Positions 11,394 to 25,660 of a DNA stretch of 64,000 bases are shown here, piece by piece. The notes beneath the pieces were generated by a model. It was given only the letters and a program-made list of their open reading frames with translations, was not told the origin of the DNA and did no database searches. The position numbers and the translations under genes were made by a program. Source of the DNA: Eledone cirrhosa (Eukaryota); contig OZ024761.1 of NCBI GenBank assembly GCA_964016885.1, forward strand, positions 20,646,001-20,710,000, read 5' to 3'. Positions within the stretch are counted from its first letter, which is position 1, and every line of letters starts with the position of its first letter.

Positions 11394-11744
11394 ATTTCCT
11401 CTCTATCTTTCTCTATATATATATCTCACTTCCTCTCTAGCACTTTCTCTCTCTCCTTCTCTGGAAGAAAATGGTTGTGTTCAAACCTAAAGAGGTGGGA
11501 TGGACTTCACCATGGTTTAAAATGTCCAAGACACACTAAATATGTTACTATGGTGCCTTTAAGATTCCATCATGAATTATAGGGTCCACAGAAAAAGATA
11601 AAAAGTGAGAACAGCTTTTGTCAACGAGAAAAATTGAAAGGAGGTGGGCATGGGAAGCAAGGATGATGGTGATGATGATCGAGATGGAACAGATTTTTGT
11701 GTATTTTTTTCCCTAAATCTGTGTTTCAGAGGCTTGCATTCAAG

Positions 11745-12830
11745 CAACATGTGGTAGAAATTAACAGAGAAATAATTATTGCAAGAAAACTGCCAAAAAA
11801 AATACCCCCACCCTCCAAAAAACAAACAAATGTAGCATGAACATGTGGTAGATTCTTTTTCAAATGACCTGCCTTATTGCTAGGAACATGTAGCTCTGTA
11901 AAGGATCACTGCAAAGGGCCCAGACAGTATGGAGGTTTTAAGATTACCACATGTAGGTATGTCTGAGACATCTTGTGGTGGGTCTGCTAGATCTATCACA
12001 TGTAGCTATGCCTCAGACATCTTGTGGTGGGTCTGCTAGATCTACCACATGTAGCTCTGCCTGGGACATCTTGTGGTCGGTCTGCTAGATCTACCACAAG
12101 ATGCCTTAATGTGGCAACTTATGGCCGGTCCCTAAGTTGTAATAAACAACTCGCATTAGACATCTTGAAGGTGCCACCATCTCTAGATGAGATGGTGGAA
12201 GAGCAGTGGATGCACCACATGTTTGTTTGTTGTTTTTTTTTATATATGGCAACATGTAGTAGACCCACTAAAGCAACATGTTTCAGACACAGTAGATATA
12301 TTAAAGGCAAACAATGCATGGTGCTTTCTTTTTTAGAAACCTCTGTGTTGACCTGTTTAATGCAACATGTGATAGGTCCACCACATGGCTGTATGAGACA
12401 TGTGGCAGGATCACCTGACAGTTGCACTACTGAGCTGAGCTACGGTCACAGCCACAATCCAGAGTAGGTAGGTGTGCACGAAAATGACATGTGGTAGATC
12501 CGCTACATGTGTGCTTGATGCAACATGTGGCGAATCCACCAGTCAGCTGCACTGAGTCGAGCCACGACCACATCCACATGTGGTAGACCCACCACGTGTA
12601 TGTTTAATGCAACATGTGGTGAGTCCACCAATCAGTTTCACTGAGCCAAGCCACACGACCACAGCCTTATGTGGTAGACCCACCACATGTATGTTTGATG
12701 CAACATGTGGCAAGTCGACCAATCAATTGCACTGAGCCGTGACTACAGCCAGAATGCGTGTGCATGAAAATGACATGTGGTAGATCCACCTCATGTGTTG
12801 CATTTTAATGGAACATGTGGTGGTGGATCC
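11745..12830. repeat. Degenerate minisatellite region rich in ACATGT/CATGTGG
   Basis: Roughly 20 ACATGT(GG)/CCACATGT motifs; about 90-bp units visible at 12480-12830. Confidence 0.65.
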
Positions 12831-13750
12831 ACCAGACCAAGGGGTAATATTGTGATAGTTCCACCACGAACCAGTGTTGAGACACAAAGCTGTGATAAAT
12901 ATTTCCCCAAATAAAAATCTCAACCTCCTCCACTCCGCTTTCCAACAAAGAAAGCAGAGCAGGAGCTGGTCCGTGGAAGAAATATTAGATTTGTGTTTTT
13001 ATTTCACCTTTGTGGTGATTAATTAATGGAAAAAAGAAAATGCAAGAAAATGGACTGTGAGGTGTACAGTGGCTCCCTCTTTCTTCATCAGTTAAAATCA
13101 AACAATGGCCTACACTGAAGAATATCAATGCAGGGTTTACCTGTGTGTTTACTGTGTTTACAGCATTCTTTGTTGCTTATAAGAGATATGAAATGGCAGC
13201 GTGGCTAAGATATCAAATATTTGGTACCTCAATCAAGAATCCAGCCCCTATTGCAGATGTTTCTTAGGGCCTATATTTACAAATCTTTTTTTTTTTTCGA
13301 TAAAAAGAAAAAAGACAATCGGCAATCAGATTTTTTTTTTTAAATCTTTTTCATCTAGAGAAAGTTAACCTGCAATAGACTGGCATACTATCCCAAGGAG
13401 TTGAATTTTGTGACATCCATTCCACTTTATGCTTCAATAGTTTGTGAAGGAGGGATTAATTGTGTTACTAACGATATCTCTGTCTGTCACATGCCTCTTT
13501 CATGTAATATGTCTCCTGAAATCATCTCCACCAATCTCACATGTCTCAATCTCACCTCCAACAATTTCAAATCTCTCTCGCTCACTCAAGTTCTTCATCT
13601 TAGACATCTTCATCTTAGACATCTTCATCTTAGACATCTTCCAACAGCAAAAAACCAGCAGATTTCTCTGTTTGTTTTTCTTTTAACATTTTTAATGTTT
13701 TTTTATATATATATATCTATCTAATGACGTTAGATAATGTTACATTTATG

Positions 13751-13789
<39 letters not shown>

Positions 13790-13790
13790 T

Positions 13791-14010
13791 ATAGGAACGA
13801 GTAGGACCCCGACGGCTGAGCTCAAGCCGTTTCGACGGCTAATTCTGGACTAAATCAATTTAGTCCAGAATTAGCCGTCGAAACGGCTTGAGCTCAGCCG
13901 TCGGAGTCCTACTCGTTCCTATTACCCACTCTACTACCCTAAGTATTGAGTACTTTGGTGCGTTATGGTCCACCTGGTTCCTTACTACATTTCCTCCGTT
14001 ATACATATAT
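13791..14010. mobile_element. 132-bp palindrome (13791-13922) with the 3' half of a hammerhead, plus tail, between (TA)n tracts
   Basis: GAAACGGCT-tgagctc-AGCCGTC^ at 13880-13902; tail TATTACCCACTCTACTACCCTAAGTATTGAGTAC... also at 48431-48520. Confidence 0.85.
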
Positions 14011-14279
14011 ATAGTTAGATATATTGTAATGAGTTACTGCTCGATGGCTGAGCTCTTGCCTCAAGAACAAAAACAAAAGGTAACGGGAGTAGAAAAAGTT
14101 GTGACAAAGAGAAGTGAATTAGAGATAATTTATAGAGAATTTAATTATTTGATAATAACTTAAATTGTTTGATAACTTAAATTGTTTGATAATGACTTAG
14201 AGATATATTTCAATTGTTTTTTTAATTATTTAGCTGTCAACTTTAAAATACATTTGTTAGTTTATTAAATGTTCAGTTA

Positions 14280-14780
14280 TATAATTACTAGTATATATAT
14301 TTACTGGTATATATAGTTACTAGTGTATATATTTACTGGTATATATAATTACTAGTATATATATTTACTGGTATATATAGTTACTAGTGTATATATTTAC
14401 TGGTATATATAATTACTAATATATATATTTACTGGTATATATAGTTACTAGTGTATATATTTACTGGTATATATAATTACTAGTATATATATTTACTGGT
14501 ATATATAGTTACTAGTGTATATATTTACTGGTATATATAGTTACTAGTGTATATAGTTACTGGTATATATACTTACTGATATATATATTTACTAATTCAT
14601 AGTTACTGGTATGTAGTTACTAAGATATAGTTACTAATATATATTGACTAATATACAGTTACTGGTATATATTTACTGGTATACAGTGACTGGTATACAG
14701 TGACTGGTATACAGTGACTGGTATACAGTGACTGGTATACATTTACTGGTATACATTTACTGGTATACAGTTACTGGTAT
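14280..14780. repeat. 16-bp minisatellite grading into 14-bp units
   Basis: TTACT(A/G)GTATATATA(T/G) at 14285, 14301, 14317...; later TGACTGGTATACAG. Confidence 0.9.
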
Positions 14781-15429
14781 AGACCCAGGTGATGTTCATA
14801 CTTCAGTGACTATATTTTGCTAGGACACCTTGCAAGGTGTTGACAACATGGCAGTTCTCCCCCACCTGTACCTTGTGGGACACTGAAAGGTATTCTGTAT
14901 GGTGCGGTGTGGAGGGGGGTAGGAGGAGGGGGTAAGAGCCAGGTACGTCTGTCATTTCAATGACAGCGTTTCCTGGTATTCTAATCGGGGGTCGTCACTC
15001 TAAAATGAGCTTTACCCTTCTTTCCGACTTTGCTGCCAAACAATCAGGGTCGGTGTGACTTGCTCAGAGACCCGCTCCGATAGTATTCCAGTATCTGGCA
15101 TCAGATGGTTCCCTAACCCTCTCCACCCACTCACTCACTCACCATGGACCTCAACCCTTTGTTTGGTGGGGTGACCCAAGCACGTTTGCTTGGGTCACCA
15201 GTGAAATTTACTGTAGTAGACATTGTAAATTTAATCTCACGTCACCAGAGGACATTGCTCACGAAAACTGAAGCAAAGAACTGCTACATGTTCTCTCGGC
15301 CTACTAGAAATAGCAACCAAATCTCCCTCGAATCGGACTCTACTGTCTTAAAGAAATGAAGGGACTATTGGATAATGTGACCTTAGATCCTCTTCTTCTT
15401 TTGTTCCTTTATCAGTTTTATTATTATTA

Positions 15430-15815
15430 TTGAGTTCAAATCCCACCGAGGTTAACTTTACCTTTCATCCTTACGAGGTTGATAAAGTACCAGTAATGCA
15501 CTGGGGTTGATTTAATCGACTTTCTCCTTCCCCCAAATTTCTGGCCTTGTGCCTATACTATAAATCATTATTATTATTGTTTTTATTATTATTATTAAGA
15601 TGCTGGTTTAGCAGAATTAGAGTTCTACCATTGGACAAAACATTTCTGTGGCATTTAGTTGCAGCTCTTTTACATTCTGAGTTCAAATCCCACCAAGGCC
15701 AACTTTGTGCCTTTCATACCGTCCCAGGGTTTGATAAATGAAAGTACCAGTCATATACTAGGGTCAATTTTATTGACATTCCTCTCCCACCAAAATATCG
15801 TTGGCCATGTCCTTA
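15430..15815 (+). mobile_element. Two family-1 SINE copies
   Basis: GAGTTCAAATCCCACC...CCTTTCAT...AAGTACCAG twice. Confidence 0.8.
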
Positions 15816-16230
15816 AAGTAAATATAATACCATTATTATTTATATTAGGGTTTTTTTCTTTTAGTGTATATATATATATATATTTATTTATATATATATT
15901 CATTTCTAACACTGCCAAAATAATCTAGTTTTTATAGTTTGCTTTTGCTCCATCATGGCCAATGCCATGATAGTTTAATATACAGTCCATTACATTTCGT
16001 GAAATTTTCCATACTAACCTGATGAATGCTCACAATATGTTATATATAGCTGCCCATAAAAACAGGGCTTTTCCTAGTCTAAAAAGATTTGAAAAGAAAA
16101 CAGGATTATTTCTATATATTTCTCTGGTAGTGGCTCAGTTCCTTATTTGGCATTTATTTCTATAAAACTTGCATGGGTTGGTTTTACCTTCTTGTGTTCT
16201 AAGAATTATTTATTAAAAATATTTTAGCAA

Positions 16231-16293
<63 letters not shown>

Positions 16294-17877
16294 CATTGAA
16301 CAGTTTGTTTTATTACACTGATTCTGTTAGACCACACTTAACTATAGATTTTTTTGTGCAAAAACAGCACTGGGAAATATTTCTATATCATTTATTACTA
16401 AATAAGGTGTTAAGTCCAAAATTCAAAGCCAGTTTTTTGTTCTCTCTCTCTCCCCTCTTCCTCTCTCCCTCCCTCTCTCTCTCTCATCAGTTGTTGTCTA
16501 ACAAGAAGTCAGTTGTTATTCTATAGTACTCTAATCTTACTTATGGCTCTCCTCATTCTACTAACTTCGCGACAAACTGCGGAACAAACAAGCGAACAAT
16601 TTCCGCTGAGAAGTGGGTAGGCTTCATGGCTTTATTCCTTTCGATTTCGCAAAAGACTCATTTTTGTGGGAGTAGCTTAAATAACCAAAAACAAACAAAC
16701 TTTCAATATATTTCTATAACAATATTATGTTTGTTTGTTTTTTGTATCTCGCTTTGTGTTGTATTTTATATGAAGATAATGGATTTGTTGGATGTTACTT
16801 CTGGCTTTACTAAAGTGTTTGTATTGAGTTCTTTCTACTAATGTATCCCCAACTCTTCTTGCCAGACAAAATAACACACACACACAAAAAATACCCCCCA
16901 AAAATAAGGGTAGTGCTTCATTACTTTATAGTAAAGTAGCCGGTGATAGGAAGGGCAGATCTCTAGGGGTAGGGAACAAAATAAATAATAAAAACATGAA
17001 AACAAGTGTAAACACCTAAAAAAACACAACAAAAACACCAGCAAAAAACATTTCATTTGTAAAGAAAAAAAAATAGATGAAAGAAATTTTATTTGGGCTA
17101 AATGTGCAATATTTTTTTTTTTCTATTTTTGTGGGGTGAGGGGGACTAATTTCACTTTTGTATGGGGCGGGGAAAGTAATACAAAATATCTATATCATAA
17201 AGTTTTTATTTTTTAGATTTATTTTTCTAAGTTTGTTTGTAAACCCCTCCCCCCATCCCCTCTCTGTTTTTCTCTACTCCCACCACTACCTTTTCTGCAC
17301 AGAAATACTCTCATACATACATATGTATACCAACACCTGTTTCTTTTTCTTTTGTCTATTTATTGCAATAAAAACATAATTAAAAGTAAAAAACCAAACC
17401 CATTACTGATTAGAAACCATTCTTAATACACTAAATTATTCTTCTTATACTATTCTGTAGAGAAGAGGGAGTAGGGGTGGAAAGAGCTAAGATCGTAGCA
17501 AGCCAAGTTCTGTGAGATGGTCTTCGTTGTTCCATTAAAACTTCATTTATTTTCTCTTTACTTTCTAATAATTATTTCTGTGGAAACATAAAATGTCACA
17601 GTTTCAAATCTCAATGCCATCCTTTATATAATTAATGATGTCCACCCCGTGAAAAATAACCAAATATCTAGTGAGAAATACTTTAGAATATATAAATAAT
17701 TGAAGCTCCTCACAAGCAGGAGTTTCACAGCCCGGTGGTTTCAAATTGATCTTTGAATGAAGTTCTGAAGATCTTCAATTTACTACATCAATAATATCTC
17801 CTCTCTCCCTCTATTCTCCATCTTATTCACCTGTCTTTGTATCTAGATAAGAAATTAATTAATCTTATCTTCATATT

Positions 17878-18042
17878 CGGCAGCTAATTGGCAGAGTCGT
17901 TAGAAAGTTAGATGAAATGCTTTGCAGTGTTCTTTCTGGTTTTCTGCGTTCTCTAAGTTAAAAAAAACCTGCCATGGACAACTTTGCCTTTCATCTTTTC
18001 AAAGTTGATAATAAAAACATATACCAGTCTTGTACTGGGGTC
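17878..18042 (+). mobile_element. Degenerate family-1 SINE (similar fragments at about 11199-11281 and 23545-23712)
   Basis: ACTTTGCCTTTCATC...TACCAG...TACTGGGG. Confidence 0.65.
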
Positions 18043-19345
18043 ATTTCTTCTTCTATATCTCTCTCTTACTTCCTCCCTCTCTCTCTCCCCTTGTTATATA
18101 TTGTTAGTATAGTAGGTTAGTTAAAGTTAGTATTTATTTCTTCACTAATACAGAAAGCCCTTTTTCTTTCACAACCACAAACCAACACACACACAGACAC
18201 AAACTGAACACAACAACAACACAAAGCAAAAAGAAATTACTGGCTGCTGCTGCTGCTACTGCTAATTAGTACCAAACATTATTATTATTTTTTTTTCCAC
18301 CTGGTATTAATATCTTGAGAGATTCTATTGAACAGATCACATTGTCGCACGGCTCACATCCATCACTTGTAAAGCCACCACCACCTCCACCACCACCGCC
18401 TCCACCACCTCCACCACCACCACCATTCCAATCAACTATAACTCCTGTTGTTGTTGTTTGGGGTGGGGGTAGGGGGTATTTTTGGTGGAGAGGAATATTT
18501 GAAGAATATCAATATAGATTAAAAGAAAAAAAAAAGAGATTTGTTTGAGTTGGTGCATAAGGAAGATTTGATGGTACAACTCCCACCTATACTTATTGAC
18601 TTGCTGGTTGGCTGATTAGCTGGCTCATTGGTTGGTTGGTTGGCTGGCTAGCGAGCTCATTGGTTGGCTGGCTTGCTGGCTCATTGGCTGGTTGGTTGGT
18701 TGGTTGGCTTGCAAAGTGACACTTTCTCACCATCAGTTGACTGAAAGTTAACAGTAACAACAGATAGACAGACAGAATATTACTTAACCAAACCAATAAA
18801 CATTTTTGATGATTATTTATGGAACGTGCTTTTGTGAAGTCAATATCAAATAAAAAATATCAACCAAAGAAAACAAGGATAAGCAAAAGAAAAGAAATGG
18901 AACAAAAAGAGTAAAATAAAACATGGAAAAATAAAGAATACCATCACCAACGTCTGTGTATATGTGTGCATATATGTATGTGTGTGCATATATGTGTATG
19001 TGTGCATATATGTATGTGTGTGCATATATGTATGTGTGCATATATGTATGTGTACATTGGTTAAAAAAAAATGTAAAGAAGGCCAAAAAAATATGAAAAG
19101 TAATTAAAAAAAAGTACAAAAAAAATAGACAAATATATGAAAGTTATTTAATGAACATTCTAGAAATCTAGAAACAATGGAAAGGAACGAACGAACAAAC
19201 AAACAAACAAACAAACAAACCAACAACATCAACATCAACATATGATAAACATTGAATAAATATGAATGATTTAATAATATATTGTGTGAATGACTAAATC
19301 TTTCCATTTGAAATGGCAAGATGAAGCAGACATATATATACACAA

Positions 19346-19385
<40 letters not shown>

Positions 19386-20273
19386 ATATACACAGGTATA
19401 TATATCTAAATATATATAGAAAAATAGAAGAAAAAAAAGAAAACTTTAAGAAGGAAGATTATATAGCAGTAGACGCCAAGACTGTTTCAGTGAGTATGTG
19501 TGTATAATGTTTTCTTTTTCAGTTTTTTTGTTCAGGCCAGAACAGTTAATTCTATATTACCTCAGTCTATCTACCTATCTACCTATCTATCTATTACATG
19601 TCCTATCTATAGGATAACAACCAGGTATGATATTGATGTTATATATATATGATATGAAAATGTCACAATTTAGACAAACTAATTTCCCTCCTGTTCAAGG
19701 AGGTTTTATTTTTTTTATTTATTTATTTTTTTTTTTCGTTTTTTTTTTTGTTGTTTTTTTTTTTTAAAAAACAAACAGCTTATTATTTTCATACATGGTG
19801 CTGGGCACCAATGATGATCCCTTAACCCTTTAAAAAAAAAAACTCCCTTTTATGAGATTCTTGGACTCATTAAATATTACACCAACCAATAAAGACATTA
19901 CAATGTAAAAAGAAAAAGTACAAACATCAATGAAAAAAAAAGACAAGAACAAAAACGATGACAAAAATAAGAGAAAAATATGAAAAGAAAAGAAAATATA
20001 AGAAAGAGACATTTTGTTTTTCGTGTAATAAAACTTAAAATAGACTTTTAAGTTTCTTTGATGGACGAGACAATTATATGACACACAGACTTGTTACTTT
20101 CTATCATTATATTAACAATATGTCTGCATGTTTCTTTTGCTGGGGTTTTTCAGTCTTTCTGTCAGATTATCTCCCTGCTCTCTCTCTCTCTCTAAATATA
20201 TCTAGTCTGTCTTTTTTGTGTCTCATGGAAAAGAGAATTTACAATGAAATGAAACCATTTAAAAGATCCATAA

Positions 20274-20330
<57 letters not shown>

Positions 20331-21309
20331 ACACACACGTACACATACACACAAGAAAAGGGTGAAAATAGACAGCAATTATAAAGAAAATATAAATTCT
20401 TACTCAAATCTTAAATCTGTAACAGGGTGTAACATAGTTGTAACAAGACTGTAACATGGTGTAACACAGTTGTAACAAGGCTGAACCAGGCTGTAACACA
20501 GTTGTAACGAGACTGACAGGTTGTAACGTGGCTACTAAACCAAACTAAACAATGTCATACCAATTTAAATTTGGAGGGAAAACAAAACTACAATAAGAAT
20601 AACAACAAAACCTAAATACAAACAAGGAAGAAAGAAAAACCACAAAATGGAATGATAAATAAATGAAGAAATAAATAAATTGTTGAGAAAATAGATTTTA
20701 AAAAAAACATTTAATCATAGAAATAAAAAATGAAAGAAACTTAAACGGAGGAGGGGGAATATGATGGGGGGGGGGGGGGTAAAAAAAAAAGAACTATCAA
20801 TAAAAAACCAAAATCCTGACTAAATATGATCCCTTCCAAAACCATGGCCACCACCGAGTAATGATTGCAATGACATTGATATTTGAACCCAGGTGAGAAA
20901 TCAATCACTATTTAAAAAGCCAATCAATGATTGAAAGTGTGTGTGTATATATATAAGTATGTATGTGTATATATATATAAATAAATATACACACATGTAT
21001 ATATATATAATCATATATATATATATATCATATTCCTTAGTTCCGACAAAACTAATAATATATATATATCATATATATATATATACATACATGTATATAT
21101 ATATATATCATGTATATATATACATACATGTATATATATACACGAACATATATTTATATGTATAGAATGAAAGAACATTCCAGAGTTAAAGTGAAATGTG
21201 ACGATGGAGGACTTTATCCAGAATGGCTGCCCCAAAGAAAAAAAAAGGGGTCTGTTTGTATGATTGATTCTCTCTTTTGCAAATTCCTTTTTTTTTTTGT
21301 CTCATTATT

Positions 21310-21790
21310 ATTTTTCCTTCTCCCTCCACTCTCTCCTCTCCCTCCTCTCCCTCTCCTCTCTCTCTCCACTCCCCTCTCTCTCTCTCTCCACTCCCCTCCC
21401 TCTCTCTCCACTCTCTCCCTCCTCTCCTCTCTCTCCACTCTCTCTCTCTCCACTCCTCTCTCTCTCTCTCCACTCCTCTCTCTCTCTCTCCACTCCTCTC
21501 TCTCTCTCTCCACTCTCTCCCTCCTCTCCACTCTCTCCTCTCTCTCTCTCCACTTTCTCCCTCCTCTCTCTCTCCACTTTCTCCCTCCTCTCTCTCTCCA
21601 CTTTCTCCCTCCTCTCTCTCTCCACTTTCTCCCTCCTCTCTCTCCCTCCTCTCTCCCTCCTCTCTCTCTCCTCTCTCTCCCTCCTCTTTCCCTCCTCTCC
21701 CTCCTCTCTCTCTCCTCTCTCTCCCTCCTCTCTCTCCCTCCTCTCTCTCCACTCCTCTCTCTCCTCTCTCTCTCCCTCCTCTCTCTCTCT
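21310..21790. repeat. Pure pyrimidine (CT)-rich tract, about 480 bp
   Basis: CTCTCTCTCCACT / CTCCCTCCT units. Confidence 0.95.
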
Positions 21791-22174
21791 CCAGATTTAC
21801 AAGACTTTTAGCACCAATAATAATTACAACAACAATGTTAATTAGCAAGTGGTGTTAATCACCAAGATGGTAGAATGTTCGGCTAAATTACATCATAGTT
21901 CTTTATTTTGCTATTTTTTCTTTCTTTTTTTTTATTGTTGTTGTTTTTGCATTTCTAATTAATATATTCTTTGTTTGCCTTTTTATCATTCTAATGAACT
22001 CATTAAAATAATATTAATGATAATAATAAATAAATAAATAAGCTCCAGGTATTTGCTGGGGTTAGAATTATTCAATCATTTTCAGCTCGACCCCACGCCA
22101 CATTCCTCCGTCTCCTATAAATGTGCGTAGCCAATGTGAAAAAAAAATCATTATTATTATCATTATCATAGTTA

Positions 22175-22330
22175 TGCCCCTTTATGGTCCGAGTTCAAAT
22201 CCCGCCGAGGTTAATTTTGCCTTTCATCCTTACGGGGTCGATAAAATAAAGCACCAGTAATGTACTGGGGTCGATCCAATCGACTTTCCCCTCCCCCCAA
22301 ATTACTGGCCTTGTGCCTATATTAGAAATC
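22175..22330 (+). mobile_element. Family-1 SINE, 5' truncated
   Basis: Near-identical to 195-350. Confidence 0.85.
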
Positions 22331-24485
22331 ATTGTCATTATTATTATTATTATTATTCATGAATTGTTATTACTAATCTATTTATTAACTGTTCCAATCA
22401 AGATTTACAAATGACAAATTACTACAACTAGTATTTAATAAAGATATATAGAGAGATGATACATATATATATCAAGTTTAATTGTATTTATAAATCTAGG
22501 AATGTTGTAAATCTTCACTGCTAAACGACAAGAGTAGTTTAGCAAGTCTTAATGACTTGACACGATAATGATAATGATGATGATTAATTAATTAATAATG
22601 CTATGCTTCTGTGATCTTCTTCAATGAGCTGTAAATTAATTTATGAGTAAATATCTTGCTTAATTAACATGTTGGATTTCTTTCCTGTTTTCTTTGGACC
22701 GTTTTTTTTTTTTTTTTCGTGTTTTTCATGTTTTCATTACGGCTGTATATATATATATATATATAATGTGTGTGTGAGAGAAAAACAAAACAATCTTTAA
22801 TATTTTGACAACACAGTGTTGTATACACACTCATTAATATATATATATATATATACCCATACATGGTTAATCATACATATTGCATCCCATACACACACGT
22901 GTATGTGGGTGTATAACTGAATTAGATTAAATTTTTATAACATCTAACAATCTCTTAATATCTGTCACCCTATATATATATACACATACACACGCTACAC
23001 TCTATAAGAATGTCTGTCTGTGTGTATTAAGCATATATAACACTCTATAAGAATGTCTGTGTATTAAGCACACATACAAACAAAACCTAACCGTACTGTT
23101 TATAATATATCTATCATGGTTACTCAATTTTTCATGATGACCAAACATTTGTTTGACTAACTGAACAAATTCCACATCTGATAAATGTGCAAGTGGCTGA
23201 GTATTCCACAGATATGTGTAGCCACAACAATTCCTCAACATATTCAGCCATGACACAATGTGGTCCAGCTGAGTCTTTTTAACTTACAAGTCCCAACATT
23301 CTCAAACATAGAAATTTTGTATTTTTTCCTGAACTATTGCTGCTCGATGAGTAGTCAAGAAACTCACATAGCAAAAATACACCTAGGTACTGTATAAAGT
23401 TTCACCCTGTATTGAGTTCTCTTTATCTATTGGATATCCACCCAACTGCAGACACATATAAATATTTTTTCCTCTCTCTCTGTATGCACACACATACTTA
23501 ACCAAACAAACCAAAACTTTGAAAACCTCAATAGTGAAAGCTGAGACAGTAAAATGCTGGTCTAGATGTTATTGTGGTATCTAGTTTGACGGCTTGCTGG
23601 CCTGAGTTCGAGTCCCATGCGCATTAGATGAGTAAAAAAAAAACACAGAGATAAATTTTGCTTTTTCAATCAATCGTTCCAGTTTGACAATCTACCAGTA
23701 ATGTACTGGGGGAGTATATTTAACAGATTGTCTATAGACACATTTTTAATCCTTTCTTCTTATATTACAAAAAAAAAAAAAAAATAAATAAAAATAAAAT
23801 TTTTAAAAAATAAACAAATGGCCTTCAGCTTAGCCAAAAGCAATCAGTTAATAATAATAACTTTTGGAGGAATGAATTACATTTTAAATAAATATAGAAT
23901 TTAAAAACAAATTCCTCAATAATTTCAAAAAAGAATCAACACCCTTCTCATTTTTAGTTTTAATTCATGTGCCTGTGTGTGTATCATTGTGTGTGTGTGT
24001 GTTGCTGTGTGTGTGTGTCGCTGTGTGTGTGCCTGTGTAGAGTGAACTGATATTTTTTGCTTCATATCTCATGTGTTGTTACTTTAAAAAGAACAAAGGT
24101 TAAAACGCTCCACCCCAAAAAATTAAATTAAATTAAATTCTAAAACATTGCACCATCTTGCTAGACGGATGTCCTTGTTCCTTCTTCTCTCTCTCTCTCT
24201 CTCTCTCTCTCCTTCTATATATATATGTGTGTGTGGCAATGTATGTAAAATATATATATATATTGACGAGGTTATAGGAAATATATTCTTATAATCTCTG
24301 TTGCTTTCAATTTCTCACTCAATGAGATATGGTTTGTACGTATATGGAGCAAACGTATCTCAGAGTGTTAACCAAGTGTATATTCTTAAAGTGAGAGTTG
24401 CATGTGGTTGTCTTGACTTCGAGCTTTCTGTTAATGCAGTTAGCTTCGATAAGTGCAATTTGCAACTTGCCGAATACAGTATGTG

Positions 24486-24527
<42 letters not shown>

Positions 24528-25094
24528 CATTTGTGTGTTTGTGTGTGCATATGCATGCATCCAGTTTTCCCCAAAATGAAAAGCAAAAACGAAAAAAAAA
24601 AAAGAAAGACAATAGAACCACTACTACTACTACTACCACTACTACTACTATTACCACAAAGAAGGAAGAAAAAAAAAAACAACCAAACGACCAAAATCTG
24701 ATTTAGGTATTAATTAATCTTAATGATTCTTGCATTTAGATTTTATGTTAATGTTTAACAAAAGAACCCCCCAAAAAATAAAATGAACCCCCAAAAAAAG
24801 AAGCTATTTTTCCTTGCTAACAGCCAATTTACCAATGTTTCTTGTGCCATTTATAGAGACTGATTTAGCTGTTCTAAAGAACATTCTAGAAACAATATTT
24901 GTCTTTAAAAAAAAAACCAACAAAACAATATCAGGCTTCATTCGAAGGAAAAAAAAAAAGAAATGTTTCTTTCTCTTTTCTTTTCTTATTTTTTTCTTTC
25001 TTATCTTCTTTTTTTACATCTCATTCTTCATTTCTTTTCTTCCTTTTCTTTTTTATGTTTGTTTGTCTGCTTTACAACTAGTTTCTGCATGTAA

Positions 25095-25350
25095 CATGTA
25101 TATATATATAATATGTATATATATCTGTGTATATACATATAATATATTATATGTATATATTATATGTATATATTATATGTATATATTATATGTATATATT
25201 ATATGTATATATTATATGTATATATTATATGTATATATTATGTGTATATATATGTATATATATATGTATATATATATATGTATACATATATATATATGTA
25301 TACATATATATATATGTATACATATATATATATGTATATATATATACATG

Positions 25351-25401
<51 letters not shown>

Positions 25402-25660
25402 GTATACATATATATATATGTATACATATATATATGTATATATATATATATATGTGTATATATATATATGTATACATATAATATATGTGTATATACATAT
25501 AATACATATATATATATATACAACATTCAGATTGATCTATGTAAAAATTAAAAAGAAAAACTAATGATGTTATATATATATATGTATCTATATACATACA
25601 TATATATATATACACACACATACATGTATATATATATATATATATATGTATGTATATAAC
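25095..25660. repeat. Compound (TA)n/(TATG) microsatellite
   Basis: Direct inspection. Confidence 0.95.

Noticed and set aside
18375-18427. Polyproline ORF
   Set aside because: (CCA)n microsatellite with no splice or coding context
21110-21858. Several 100-230-aa ORFs (Leu/Ser/Pro or Glu/Arg rich)
   Set aside because: Translations of a (CT)n-type tract with no stop codons
23338-23375. TGCTCGATGAG...GAAAC-TCAC-ATAGCA hammerhead look-alike
   Set aside because: Core box altered and no stem II; compatible with chance
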